Source: Sodaliphilus sp.
GTDB lineage: Bacteria > Bacteroidota > Bacteroidia > Bacteroidales > Muribaculaceae
Length of the DNA stretch: 64,000 nt
Reading direction: 5' to 3'
Assembly: GCA_045541835.1 (NCBI GenBank)
Contig: JAZQJW010000077.1
Span: 16,770 to 80,769, forward strand
This document shows, piece after piece, positions 8,914 through 17,687 of this stretch (the stretch's first letter is position 1; every line of letters starts with the position of its first letter). A program made the position numbers and the translations under genes. Under the pieces are notes generated by a model, which did not search any database, had not been told where the DNA came from, and saw only the letters and a list, made by a program, of their open reading frames with translations.

Positions 8914-8952
8914 TTCCTACTCCCTTTGAGTGAGCGTTTCGGATGCCTCTCG
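8914..8952 (-). repeat. Conserved 39-nt 5' leader element, copy B (upstream of the LRR gene)
   Basis: ttcctactccctttgagtgagcgtttcggatgcctctcg. It ends 15 nt upstream of the ATG at 8898. Confidence 0.9.
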
Positions 8953-9166
8953 CTATTATATGATTTGTTTGCTTCAACAAGCGATCAGAATTTTTCCGAG
9001 ATAAAATATACTGAAATTTATTTGGCTGGCCAAATTTCAACGAATAATTTAACTCATTTTAACGAATAATTATTCTGCTCGACCAAGCCTATTTATAACA
9101 TAGGAACAAGTAGGGAAAAAATTCAAAATCTGGACCCACTTTTTTCATTTTGGTCACAATTTTTGC

Positions 9167-9376
9167 TCATGCAGCAAGGGGATGCTGCACCGCAGGTTTC
9201 AAGAGGAAATGTTTGGTGAAGGCATTTATAAGTAGTTCAGTTTCAGTCCGGTCAAGATTGAAGAGGGTCAATTCAGTTTCATTGTTGCACAACATGGTCT
9301 GGACATTTTTGTTGTAGAAATAGTTGTGGGCACGATTCATCAGATAAGGATTGTTGATTTTAATGGAAATAGTCAT
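9167..9376 (-). CDS. Small hypothetical protein (69 aa) ending in ...QHPLAA; paralog of 8087..8293
   Basis: See 8087..8293. The paralogy supports both ORFs being real. Confidence 0.6.
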   Translation of the reverse strand: MTISIKINNPYLMNRAHNYFYNKNVQTMLCNNETELTLFNLDRTETELLINAFTKHFLLKPAVQHPLAA

Positions 9377-9561
9377 AACTGAAATGCTTTTAAATTGTTC
9401 AACATGCTTCCATTAATAATATAGTAATTTTTGGAAAAAAATTCAAAAAGGGAACACAGTTTTTCTTGTGCCCCCTTGTCAAGTTATTGATAAACAATAG
9501 TTTGCTTATATATTAATACAACTATACTCTAGATGTTATAATATCTGTTATGCCCGTAATC

Positions 9562-10755
9562 TTATAGTTGAGTCCTATTCTGCAAGTCGTCTATAGGAAA
9601 ATACATCATGTGACAAGTTAAACCAGAAAAGTCTATTTGATTTTTGGTTTGTTGGAATTGACCACTAAAAGGTTGCCTACCGGTATCTGGATATAGTAAT
9701 ACGGTATCGCTAACATGCCAGTAAAGATGATAAACAAACATCTGCTTTAGGTCAGCATCACTCGGCTTGTTGCCAGTGGGACACTTCCATTTAGTATCTA
9801 TTATGAGTAATGGAGTTTCCCCAGACTGTTCATAGATGACAATGTCGGGCTGAATAATCTTATTCTCCCAAAAACCATGTCGGGGTTGTGCCCTCACCAC
9901 ATATTTTGTAAATTTTTCTTTTAGAATGACATAGACATATTCCTCCCATAGTCTGTTCATATCAAACATCAGGGCGAGGATATCATATTTACCTGCTGTA
10001 TTTTTGGGGCGGAAATGAAGCAGAAGCAGTTTGGCAATCTGAACGGCTTCGCGATAGTCTTCGGTTTTGCGGTCAAACTGAAGACCATTGAACAACTCTT
10101 CGGTAACTGCCACCTCGTGCAACTCAGGAAAATTGAATAGTGTGGAACAAGCGTGACCTCTCAACTGAAGATTAGCGGTTATACGCGGAATGATGCCTAC
10201 CGCCTGGCGCAAGATGCAATTTAAAATATGCTCTTGGTCATAGGCCGTGTGACGGACATAAAAACGCTCCTTATGGACAAAGTTGGTGGTAACATGTTTG
10301 CCAATAAGCAATTTACCCTTCAATGCTTTTCGGTTTCCATCCTCTTTGTGGTAACACTTCACCAAGCCTCGATTGAGCAGTTTGTCAACCTCAAGTAGAA
10401 ATTTATTGATGAAGATGTCCAGGATGGGGCTATTGCTTTGATGATCTTGTGGCGCATTCGATGGCGTTCGTACTTCTAATTTATATACACGTGATAACAT
10501 ATGCAACAAACGTGATTGCCATTTGCCTTTGTCTTCATCACTGTCATCTGTCTTTGGCAGCACCTCAATCACCAAATCGCCAACGCATATCACGCCAACA
10601 TATTGGCGAAATCTTACGCCATTATGAATCAACGAGTAATAGGGAAATGTCTCCTCATCACTATCACCCAAAAAACGCTCCAACGCTTGAAGGTGCTTAG
10701 CAGTAAAGACATCTTTATCCTTTTTAAGTGACTGATGTTCAAAAACCTGTATCAT
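9562..10755 (-). CDS. mcrC: McrC-like subunit of a 5-methylcytosine-dependent restriction system
   Basis: 397-aa ORF 10 nt downstream of the McrB-like GTPase. C-terminal PD-(D/E)xK-like segment (IQPDIVIY...LIIDTKWK). Confidence 0.75.
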   Translation of the reverse strand: MIQVFEHQSLKKDKDVFTAKHLQALERFLGDSDEETFPYYSLIHNGVRFRQYVGVICVGDLVIEVLPKTDDSDEDKGKWQSRLLHMLSRVYKLEVRTPSNAPQDHQSNSPILDIFINKFLLEVDKLLNRGLVKCYHKEDGNRKALKGKLLIGKHVTTNFVHKERFYVRHTAYDQEHILNCILRQAVGIIPRITANLQLRGHACSTLFNFPELHEVAVTEELFNGLQFDRKTEDYREAVQIAKLLLLHFRPKNTAGKYDILALMFDMNRLWEEYVYVILKEKFTKYVVRAQPRHGFWENKIIQPDIVIYEQSGETPLLIIDTKWKCPTGNKPSDADLKQMFVYHLYWHVSDTVLLYPDTGRQPFSGQFQQTKNQIDFSGLTCHMMYFPIDDLQNRTQL

Positions 10756-10764
10756 TTGCTATTC

Positions 10765-12798
10765 TTATGATAGGTTTTCTGGCTGTTCTTCTTGGCTGTC
10801 CTCTGTTTTAGTCTCTTCCTGCTCAATTTGAGGATCTCCTGCTTGGTCTGTATTATCTGCTAAAGATTTAGGACATGGATGAATAGCCATTTGTTGTAGA
10901 ACTTCAGCCATATCCAATTCTTCCCATTCTTTGTCTGTTGGCAGATGATATACCTCATTCAAACTTGGAGACTCAAAATCCTTAGGAAATATATTATCAC
11001 TGGTTTTTGGCTTCTTGACAAATCCGATCCCTAGCACAAGTCCAATTTGAGAGTAGTCACCATAAAAATACTCTTGCAGGAGCGGAACTATTTTATCTTT
11101 GAATGCTTTCTTCAGATCATCTTCATCTTTGCACTTCATGAGATAACTGTGCCCAATCTGCTGCTCACGGCCTTTTAACACTTCAATCCGCTGATTGATT
11201 GTCCAAAGGATATCACATAACTTATTCCTGCAAATTTCTCTATTCATTCCTGTCGCATTATACTTTGGCATCATCTCTTCAAAGGAAAAGCGGCGTCGCA
11301 AGGCTGTGTCAAGAGCCTCAACACTGCGGTCAGCGGTATTCATAGTACCGATGATGTAAAGATTATTAGGCACGCCAAATTCCGTGTCTTTACCCTCTTG
11401 TTTTTCTTGTTCATTTGTAGTGCTTTTCTTGCAGGTGCTACTGTAAGGAAGTTTAACTGTAAGTTCTTCTTCGTTGCCCAATCTTTTGTCTTTTTCGATC
11501 AGTGATATCAACTCACCAAAAATCTGAGACACATTACCCCGATTAATCTCATCAATAATCAGCACATAATTATTACCATTATCCTTGTGGGCTTTTTCGC
11601 AAATTTGTTTAAAAATGCCAGGCATAACGTCATAAGTGACGTCCGTTCCTTTGGTTATTGGTTTGATGCCCTCAACAAAGTCCTCATAGCTCATCGACTG
11701 ATGGAACGTTATGAACTCAATGCGCCCTTCCTTTTTTAATGCTTTGAACTTATCTGTAAATACCTTGCGCTTTGCTTTTTCTTTAGCTGATTGTTTTTCA
11801 AAAATATCAATAATAGCATTTTGTGCATCGACTTTAGCTGCGGCCTCTTCTGCTTCTTTTTTTAAATTTATTTTCTCATATTTGTTAAGAATGATCTCCA
11901 ATGCCCTGTTTACAGTGTTATATGTCTTACCTGTTCCAGGAGGACCGTAGAGAATCAAATTAAGAGATACTTGTTTTGATTGAATTGCATCTTTTTTACC
12001 TTGCTGTTCGTCTATTATCGAGTCATTCTGTTGACCACCCTGTTGTTGTAAATTATTGGTATCAGTTACTTTTTCAGACTTTGATTTGTACCATTGTTTT
12101 TTAATATCTGTTTCATAAAAACTAAAATCAGAATTACCGCTACTAAGTTTTTTCTTTATCTCAGATAAGGCATCATCATAATCTGTTGATTTCGCGACTG
12201 ATAATAAGTTCTTGTATGTATTAACAATTCTTTTCATATCATCCATTTTCGCAATTGCTTCAAATTCATTAGGCGCACATAGATGTAGCAACAAGTTCCT
12301 TATCGCAATAGAAAACTCCTTATTTTTATAAACGCTTATGAAACGTTTCTTGAAATCATCAACAGACCCCAATGATTTGTCAAACATGAATGGCTTAAAC
12401 ACTTTCTTTAATAACCACATTATTTCGCGGTCTTTACCATTTGTTCTTGAAACTAACTCACCAACTCCAGCCACGCTTTGATTGGGATTAAATTCAAAAG
12501 CTCGTTTAATGTCTCCAACTTTATTAAAAAAGAGTTCTTTTTGTTTGAAATTCTTATCGGTGGGGAAATACCACAACCAATAAGCATGTAATAAGAGTAA
12601 TTGTTCTTTATCATTCATTCCATTGATTACTCTTTTGTAATTTTCTGCTTGCTTTCCACTGTCTTGGTTTTCTAATGCGTTAATTACGTTGTCGAGATCA
12701 GTTTGTTTAAATAATACTCGATTTCCAGTTAAAAAATCCAGGTTTTTTATTATAAAAGTATCAACAAATTTATTAAATAACAAGTAAGGGAATTCCAT
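10765..12798 (-). CDS. mcrB: McrB-like AAA+ GTPase with an unassigned ~280-aa N-terminal domain and an acidic C-terminal tail
   Basis: LILYGPPGTGKTY, VLIIDEINRGNVSQIFGELISLIE and YIIGTMNTADRS are McrB-family signatures. AT-rich compared with neighbouring genes. Confidence 0.85.
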   Translation of the reverse strand: MEFPYLLFNKFVDTFIIKNLDFLTGNRVLFKQTDLDNVINALENQDSGKQAENYKRVINGMNDKEQLLLLHAYWLWYFPTDKNFKQKELFFNKVGDIKRAFEFNPNQSVAGVGELVSRTNGKDREIMWLLKKVFKPFMFDKSLGSVDDFKKRFISVYKNKEFSIAIRNLLLHLCAPNEFEAIAKMDDMKRIVNTYKNLLSVAKSTDYDDALSEIKKKLSSGNSDFSFYETDIKKQWYKSKSEKVTDTNNLQQQGGQQNDSIIDEQQGKKDAIQSKQVSLNLILYGPPGTGKTYNTVNRALEIILNKYEKINLKKEAEEAAAKVDAQNAIIDIFEKQSAKEKAKRKVFTDKFKALKKEGRIEFITFHQSMSYEDFVEGIKPITKGTDVTYDVMPGIFKQICEKAHKDNGNNYVLIIDEINRGNVSQIFGELISLIEKDKRLGNEEELTVKLPYSSTCKKSTTNEQEKQEGKDTEFGVPNNLYIIGTMNTADRSVEALDTALRRRFSFEEMMPKYNATGMNREICRNKLCDILWTINQRIEVLKGREQQIGHSYLMKCKDEDDLKKAFKDKIVPLLQEYFYGDYSQIGLVLGIGFVKKPKTSDNIFPKDFESPSLNEVYHLPTDKEWEELDMAEVLQQMAIHPCPKSLADNTDQAGDPQIEQEETKTEDSQEEQPENLS

Positions 12799-12851
12799 AA
12801 AATAGAATGAAAAATTTAAATAAATATTTATAAATGGTAATTATTGAGTTG

Positions 12852-12859
12852 CAAAGATA
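12852..12859 (-). promoter_or_regulatory. Bacteroidetes-type -7 box (TATCTTTG) upstream of mcrB
   Basis: The reverse complement of caaagata matches TAnnTTTG, about 55 nt upstream of the mcrB ATG. Confidence 0.5.
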
Positions 12860-12993
12860 ATAATTCTGTCGTTAAATCCCCAGATATTGTTGAAAAAAGT
12901 AACCTCAGAAACTTTTATCGGTTTTCGTTTTAATTTTTGAGGGCTCGTTTACATTTTAAGGGCAAAAATTATGGAACTAAAGATTTTAAGATT

Positions 12994-13260
12994 ATGAACA
13001 AGGACAAGATTTTTATGGTAACGATTCATGTTGTGGCAGGTGTGCTGATGATTGCCGTGTGCTGGGCACCTGCAATTGTTGGAGACCTCCCTGTCGGGAA
13101 CAAACTGTTCTGCACAGCGGTCATTGTGCTCCTGTTGTGGTTCCACTACCTGTGCCAACAATATGAGCCACGAGACCAGCAGTGGATATGGTCCCGCCGG
13201 GAAAAGGAATGGTCTTTTTCCTGGCGTGACAATGGACGCGGGAACAACATTTTTTCTTGA
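12994..13260 (+). CDS. Small two-TM hypothetical membrane protein (88 aa)
   Basis: ATG at 12994. Two hydrophobic stretches (FMVTIHVVAGVLMIAVCW, LFCTAVIVLLLWF). No recognisable family. Confidence 0.35.
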   Translation: MNKDKIFMVTIHVVAGVLMIAVCWAPAIVGDLPVGNKLFCTAVIVLLLWFHYLCQQYEPRDQQWIWSRREKEWSFSWRDNGRGNNIFS

Positions 13261-13372
13261 CGCAAATGAAAAATAATGCATTTTCTGTTTCTATTTATTA
13301 AAAAGATGCTATGTTTGTGGGCAGGCTTTATATGACCATCATTCATGTTATTAATTGCTTTTATTATTGTTT

Positions 13373-14668
13373 ATGAAAACGCTTAAGTATCTATCTGTTG
13401 TGCTGGCTGTCATGGTGGCAGCCTCGGCACTGGCTGGCGTCAGGACCGACGTCCAGATGCGCTCGGCAGCAAGCCGCGTCCTCAAGTCCTCACGGCCGCT
13501 TGAACAAGTCGCATTCTATTCCGGAATGGCACTCTATCGTCAAGCCGGCGGCGGCTTTGCCATTATTTCCAGCGACGACAGCCACCCGGCTGTCCTGGCC
13601 TATTCTCCCAATGGCTCACTGAATCTGAAAGATGGGAATCCCGGGTTCAACTGGTGGCTGAATGCGACAAGGAAGGTAATGCTCCTGAATGAACCACGTC
13701 GCGAAACCACCAAACCTGACCCTAACCGTTTTCCCACGTCGGTATCCCCACTATTGACCACCACATGGGGCCAACGCGAACCCTTTAAATTCATGTGTCC
13801 GTTTGATGCCTATGTCTCAGACTTCAGCCTGTATGGCACCTACACGCCCGATGCGGGTCACTATGCTGTGGGATGCGGTCGCCTGGCGATGGCCCAGTAC
13901 ATGTATTACTACAAGTTTCCCAAGCATGGCACGTGAGAGGAATCGGTGACGGTGGCGTATGACCAGGGCGACGTGACCGTTCATGTCGACTTTAGACAGG
14001 CCACCTATGATTGGGACAACATGATCGATGACTATCAGGGCGAATACACCCGCGAGCAAGGGATGGCGGTCGCCCAGTTGTGTTATCATTGCGGTGTGGC
14101 GGCCAGGACGACATGGAATTCGCTGGGCGGCGGCACCACCGACCAACGCCTGGTCGAGGCTTTCACCAAGCACTTCAACTACAACGACACGGCCCATTAT
14201 GTTCCCAGAACGCGCTATGACGAACCCACATGGATGGAGATGATCTATGGCATGCTGTCCTCGGGCAACCCGGTCTTTTATTCGGCCAAAGACATCAACC
14301 TCAACGAAGGCATCCTGACCGGACACAACTTCATCATTGACGGCTATGACGAGAATGGACTCGTTCACGTCAACTGGGGATGGTACGGAATAGAAAACGG
14401 CTACTTCGATATCGCCTTGCTCGACGTGCTCCAGTACACTTACGATGACTGGCAGGCGATGTACGTTGGCCTGTATCCCAACCGTGAATCCCTCACCGGT
14501 GATGTCAATGATGACGGCAAGGTCGATATCAGCGACAGCACCATGCTCATCAACATCCTCTTGAATGGTAATCCTGACGGCAACAAGCATGCCGACGTGA
14601 ATGCCGATGGCAGCATCAACATCTCGGATGCCATCGCCCTCATTAACTACCTGCTGACAGGTGGTTAG
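13373..14668 (+). pseudogene. Peptidase C10 (streptopain/SpeB-like) cysteine protease with dockerin-like C-terminal repeats, interrupted by one in-frame TGA at 13934..13936
   Basis: Signal peptide and inhibitor-like prodomain; TTTWGQREPFKFMCP; Cys region VGCGRLAMAQYMYY. After the stop, in the same frame: GHNFIIDGY, HVNWGWYG, and two GDVNDDGKVDISD / ADVNADGSINISD repeats. Confidence 0.8.
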
Positions 14669-14752
14669 AATTAACCTAACAGGAAACGACGAACGAGGAG
14701 GAAGACTTGGCGGTCTTCCTCCTCGTTGTATGATTTGCTGTCTATTAATGAA

Positions 14753-17026
14753 TTACCGCAGGGTGAAAGGTAAGCGCTGGACGTCGCGGCTGTTGGGGCC
14801 TACCATGACCTCGAAGTCGCCGGGTTCGCAGACGTATTTCAAGTCCTTGTCGTAGAACTTGAGCAGTTCGGGCGTGACCTTAAACGAGACGGTGCGGCTC
14901 TCGCCAGGCATGAGGCTGATGCGCTCGAAACCCTTCAATTCCTGTACGGGGCGCGCGATGCTACCCACCAAGTCGCGAATATAAAGCTGCACGACCTCGG
15001 TGCCCTCGCAGTTGCCCGTGTTGGTGACGGTAACTGTAGCCGTGATGTTACCACCCATGGTCATCGAGTTGCTGCTCAGCGCGAGCGGGCTATACTTAAA
15101 GGTAGTATAACTCAAGCCGTAGCCAAAGGGGAACAGAGGATCGTTAGGAACATCCAGGTAATTGGAGGTGTACTTGGTGAACCACTGTGGGTTGGGACGG
15201 CCAGTATTCAGGTGGTTGTAGTAAATGGGAATCTGGCCCACGTTGCGAGGCATCGTCACAGTGAGTTTGCCGCTGGGGGCCACATCGCCGAAGACGACAT
15301 CACAGATGGCATCGGCAGCCTCACTGCCGCCAAACCACACGTTGAGGATGGTGGGGATGTTATCCACCTCCCAATCCATCACAGTCGCACGGCCCGAGAA
15401 GTTAAGCAATACGATGGGTTTTCCAGTAGCCTTGAGAGCGTTGAGCAGGTCCTTCTGGGCATCCAGGATTGACAAGTCGCTGCGAGAACTGCTCTCGCCC
15501 GACATCTCGCTGGGTTCACCCATGGCGGCGACAATCACGTCACACTGCTGGGCAATGCGTACCGCCTCATCGCGCATCACGTCGACAGGACGGTTGTCGC
15601 GCATCTCGCGGCCGAACATCGTTGAGTTCTTCTCCAGCTCGGCATCATAGCACACGTTACAACCCTTGGCATACATCACCTCGGCTTTATCGCCCACGGC
15701 GCGGCGCATGGCTTCGAGCAACGTGCTGTAGCGGTCGCTGGAAGCGGCCACGCTCCAGGTGCCAGGCATGTTGGCACGCGTGTTGGCCAGCGGACCCACA
15801 AGGGCGATTTTACCCGTGCGCTTGAGCGGCAGTACGTTGTCCTTGTTCTGCAGCAGCACAAACGTCTCGGCGGCCAACTTGCGAGCTGCGGCACGGTGTT
15901 CGTCGGTATATATTTCCTTCTTTGCACGCTTGACGTCAAGGTAGCGGTAGGGGTCCTCAAACAGGCCCAGTTTGTACTTGGCCTCCAGGATGCGTCGGCA
16001 AGCCTTATCGATGTCTTCCATGCTCACCTTGCCCTCGCTCAACGATTGCTCCAAGGTTCCCAGGAAGCCGTCGGCCACCATGTCCATGTCGGTGCCGGCC
16101 TTCAGCGCCAATGCCGAGACAGTCTGCAGGTCACCCATGCCGTGATTCATCATCTCGCTGATGGCCGTGTAGTCGGTCACGACAAAGCCGTCAAAGCCCC
16201 AACGGTCCCGCAGTACCTCGGTCATGAGCCAGCGGTTACCCGTGGCAGGAATATAGTCGATGACGTTGAACGAGGTCATGAAACTGCCTGCCCCGGCATC
16301 CACGCCAGCCTTGTAGGGCGGGAAATACTCGTTGAACATGCGCACATGGCTCATGTCCACCGTGTTGTAGTCCCTGCCAGCCTCAGGGGCGCCGTAGAGG
16401 GCGAAGTGTTTCACGCACGCCATCATGGTCGTCTTGTCGGTGAGGTCAGTTCCCTGGTAACCCTCAATCATCGCGCGACAGATGGCTGAACCCAGGAAGG
16501 GGTCCTCGCCATTGCCCTCGCTCATGCGTCCCCATCGCGGCTCGCGACAGATGTCCACCATGGGACTGAACGTCCAGCAGATGCCGTCGGCAGTTGCCTC
16601 CACCGATGCGATGCGTGCCGAGTTGCGAATGGCATCCATATCCCAACTCATCGACATGGCAAACGGGATGGGGAAGACCGTCTCATAGCCGTGAATCACG
16701 TCCATGCCGAAAATCAAGGGGATACCCAGTCGGCTCTGCTTGACGGCAACCTCCTGCAAGGCGCGGATACTTTGCACACCCTTCATGTTGAACAGGCCGC
16801 CCACCTGTCCTGCCTTGATTTTGCTTACCACATCGCCGCTGACCGCCGAGCCAGTGATGATATCGCCAGTGACGGGCAGGTTGAGTTGCCCGATTTTCTC
16901 TTGCAGGGTCATCTTACCCATCAAGTCTTCAATAAACTGGTTCATCTTGGCCTGATCAACAGCTTGGGCCGTCAAGGCACCCAATGCCACGGCCACGAAA
17001 AATAAAATGCTTTTCAATCTCATCAT
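14753..17026 (-). CDS. bglX: Glycoside hydrolase family 3 periplasmic beta-glucosidase
   Basis: Signal peptide; GH3 motifs (GFDGFVVTDY, KHFALYG); C-terminal Fn3-like region; 757 aa. Confidence 0.9.
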   Translation of the reverse strand: MMRLKSILFFVAVALGALTAQAVDQAKMNQFIEDLMGKMTLQEKIGQLNLPVTGDIITGSAVSGDVVSKIKAGQVGGLFNMKGVQSIRALQEVAVKQSRLGIPLIFGMDVIHGYETVFPIPFAMSMSWDMDAIRNSARIASVEATADGICWTFSPMVDICREPRWGRMSEGNGEDPFLGSAICRAMIEGYQGTDLTDKTTMMACVKHFALYGAPEAGRDYNTVDMSHVRMFNEYFPPYKAGVDAGAGSFMTSFNVIDYIPATGNRWLMTEVLRDRWGFDGFVVTDYTAISEMMNHGMGDLQTVSALALKAGTDMDMVADGFLGTLEQSLSEGKVSMEDIDKACRRILEAKYKLGLFEDPYRYLDVKRAKKEIYTDEHRAAARKLAAETFVLLQNKDNVLPLKRTGKIALVGPLANTRANMPGTWSVAASSDRYSTLLEAMRRAVGDKAEVMYAKGCNVCYDAELEKNSTMFGREMRDNRPVDVMRDEAVRIAQQCDVIVAAMGEPSEMSGESSSRSDLSILDAQKDLLNALKATGKPIVLLNFSGRATVMDWEVDNIPTILNVWFGGSEAADAICDVVFGDVAPSGKLTVTMPRNVGQIPIYYNHLNTGRPNPQWFTKYTSNYLDVPNDPLFPFGYGLSYTTFKYSPLALSSNSMTMGGNITATVTVTNTGNCEGTEVVQLYIRDLVGSIARPVQELKGFERISLMPGESRTVSFKVTPELLKFYDKDLKYVCEPGDFEVMVGPNSRDVQRLPFTLR

Positions 17027-17061
17027 ATTATATAATTTTAGTCATTACTTTCAATTTGTTG

Positions 17062-17106
17062 TCTAGAACATCTAGAAAAACTAGAGTATCTAGAGGGTCT
17101 ATATTA
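17062..17106. repeat. Five 9-bp-phased copies of a TCTAGA-centred unit in the GH3 upstream region
   Basis: TCTAGAaca TCTAGAaaa aCTAGAgta TCTAGAggg TCTAtAtta, 36-80 nt upstream of the GH3 ATG (17026). Confidence 0.85.
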
Positions 17107-17242
17107 ACTGGACTAATGGGTGAATCCCAGTTTGAGTCCCTGGTGCACCTCGGGACTGCTCATCAACAGCTTCACGGGTGCTTTCAACTCCCCTTGAGGA
17201 CATATCGGGGGTGTGAGCAATCCTTTATTCTGACTTGATGAA

Positions 17243-17623
17243 TCAATAACGGCTCTTGGCACGGTCCATGGCGTCGGCAGCCCGGCGCAGACTTTGACGG
17301 GCATTGTCTTTGGCGTCATTGGCCTTGCGCCGCGACTGGCGGGCGTTATCGGTCTCGCGGTCGGCCTTGCGGCGATAGTCACGCGCCCTACTCTCCTGCT
17401 TGTTGCGGCTGTAGTACTCAGCTTCACGCAGGTAATCCTTGGCCTTCTTCTCGTAATATTCCGCATCCCGGTCATAGCTCTCGGCCTTGCCGATGTAGTA
17501 CTCGGCATCACGCATGTAACTCCGTGCCTGACCGACATAGTAGCTGCTCTGGCTGAAGGCAGCCAGACAAGACGCGAGGAGCACAAACAATATCAGAATC
17601 TGTCGCTTCAACATCTGCTGCAT
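17243..17623 (-). CDS. Small secreted/lipoprotein-like repeat protein (AEYY repeats, Arg/Lys-rich tail)
   Basis: Signal peptide ILILFVLLASCLAAFSQ. Repeats ARSYMRDAEYY / AESYDRDAEYY / AKDYLREAEYY. No known family recognised. Confidence 0.55.
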   Translation of the reverse strand: MQQMLKRQILILFVLLASCLAAFSQSSYYVGQARSYMRDAEYYIGKAESYDRDAEYYEKKAKDYLREAEYYSRNKQESRARDYRRKADRETDNARQSRRKANDAKDNARQSLRRAADAMDRAKSRY

Positions 17624-17687
17624 CGTTTTTTACTGGATGATTTCAATTACCATCGCGCGCAGGCGCACGTGATACTATTTAGAAACA

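Noticed and set aside
12937-13346. Overlapping small ORFs on both strands (12949..13281 -, 13052..13276 +, 13146..13346 -).
   Set aside because: They are mutually exclusive and none has motifs. Only the two-TM reading frame from ATG 12994 was retained, at low confidence.
13934-13936. TGA in the C10 protease as programmed recoding (selenocysteine or an alternative genetic code).
   Set aside because: TGA clearly functions as a stop elsewhere in the window, for example at the SusD end (25740..25742). The position is not a catalytic residue, and I see no obvious downstream stem-loop. A nonsense mutation or sequencing error is the simpler explanation.
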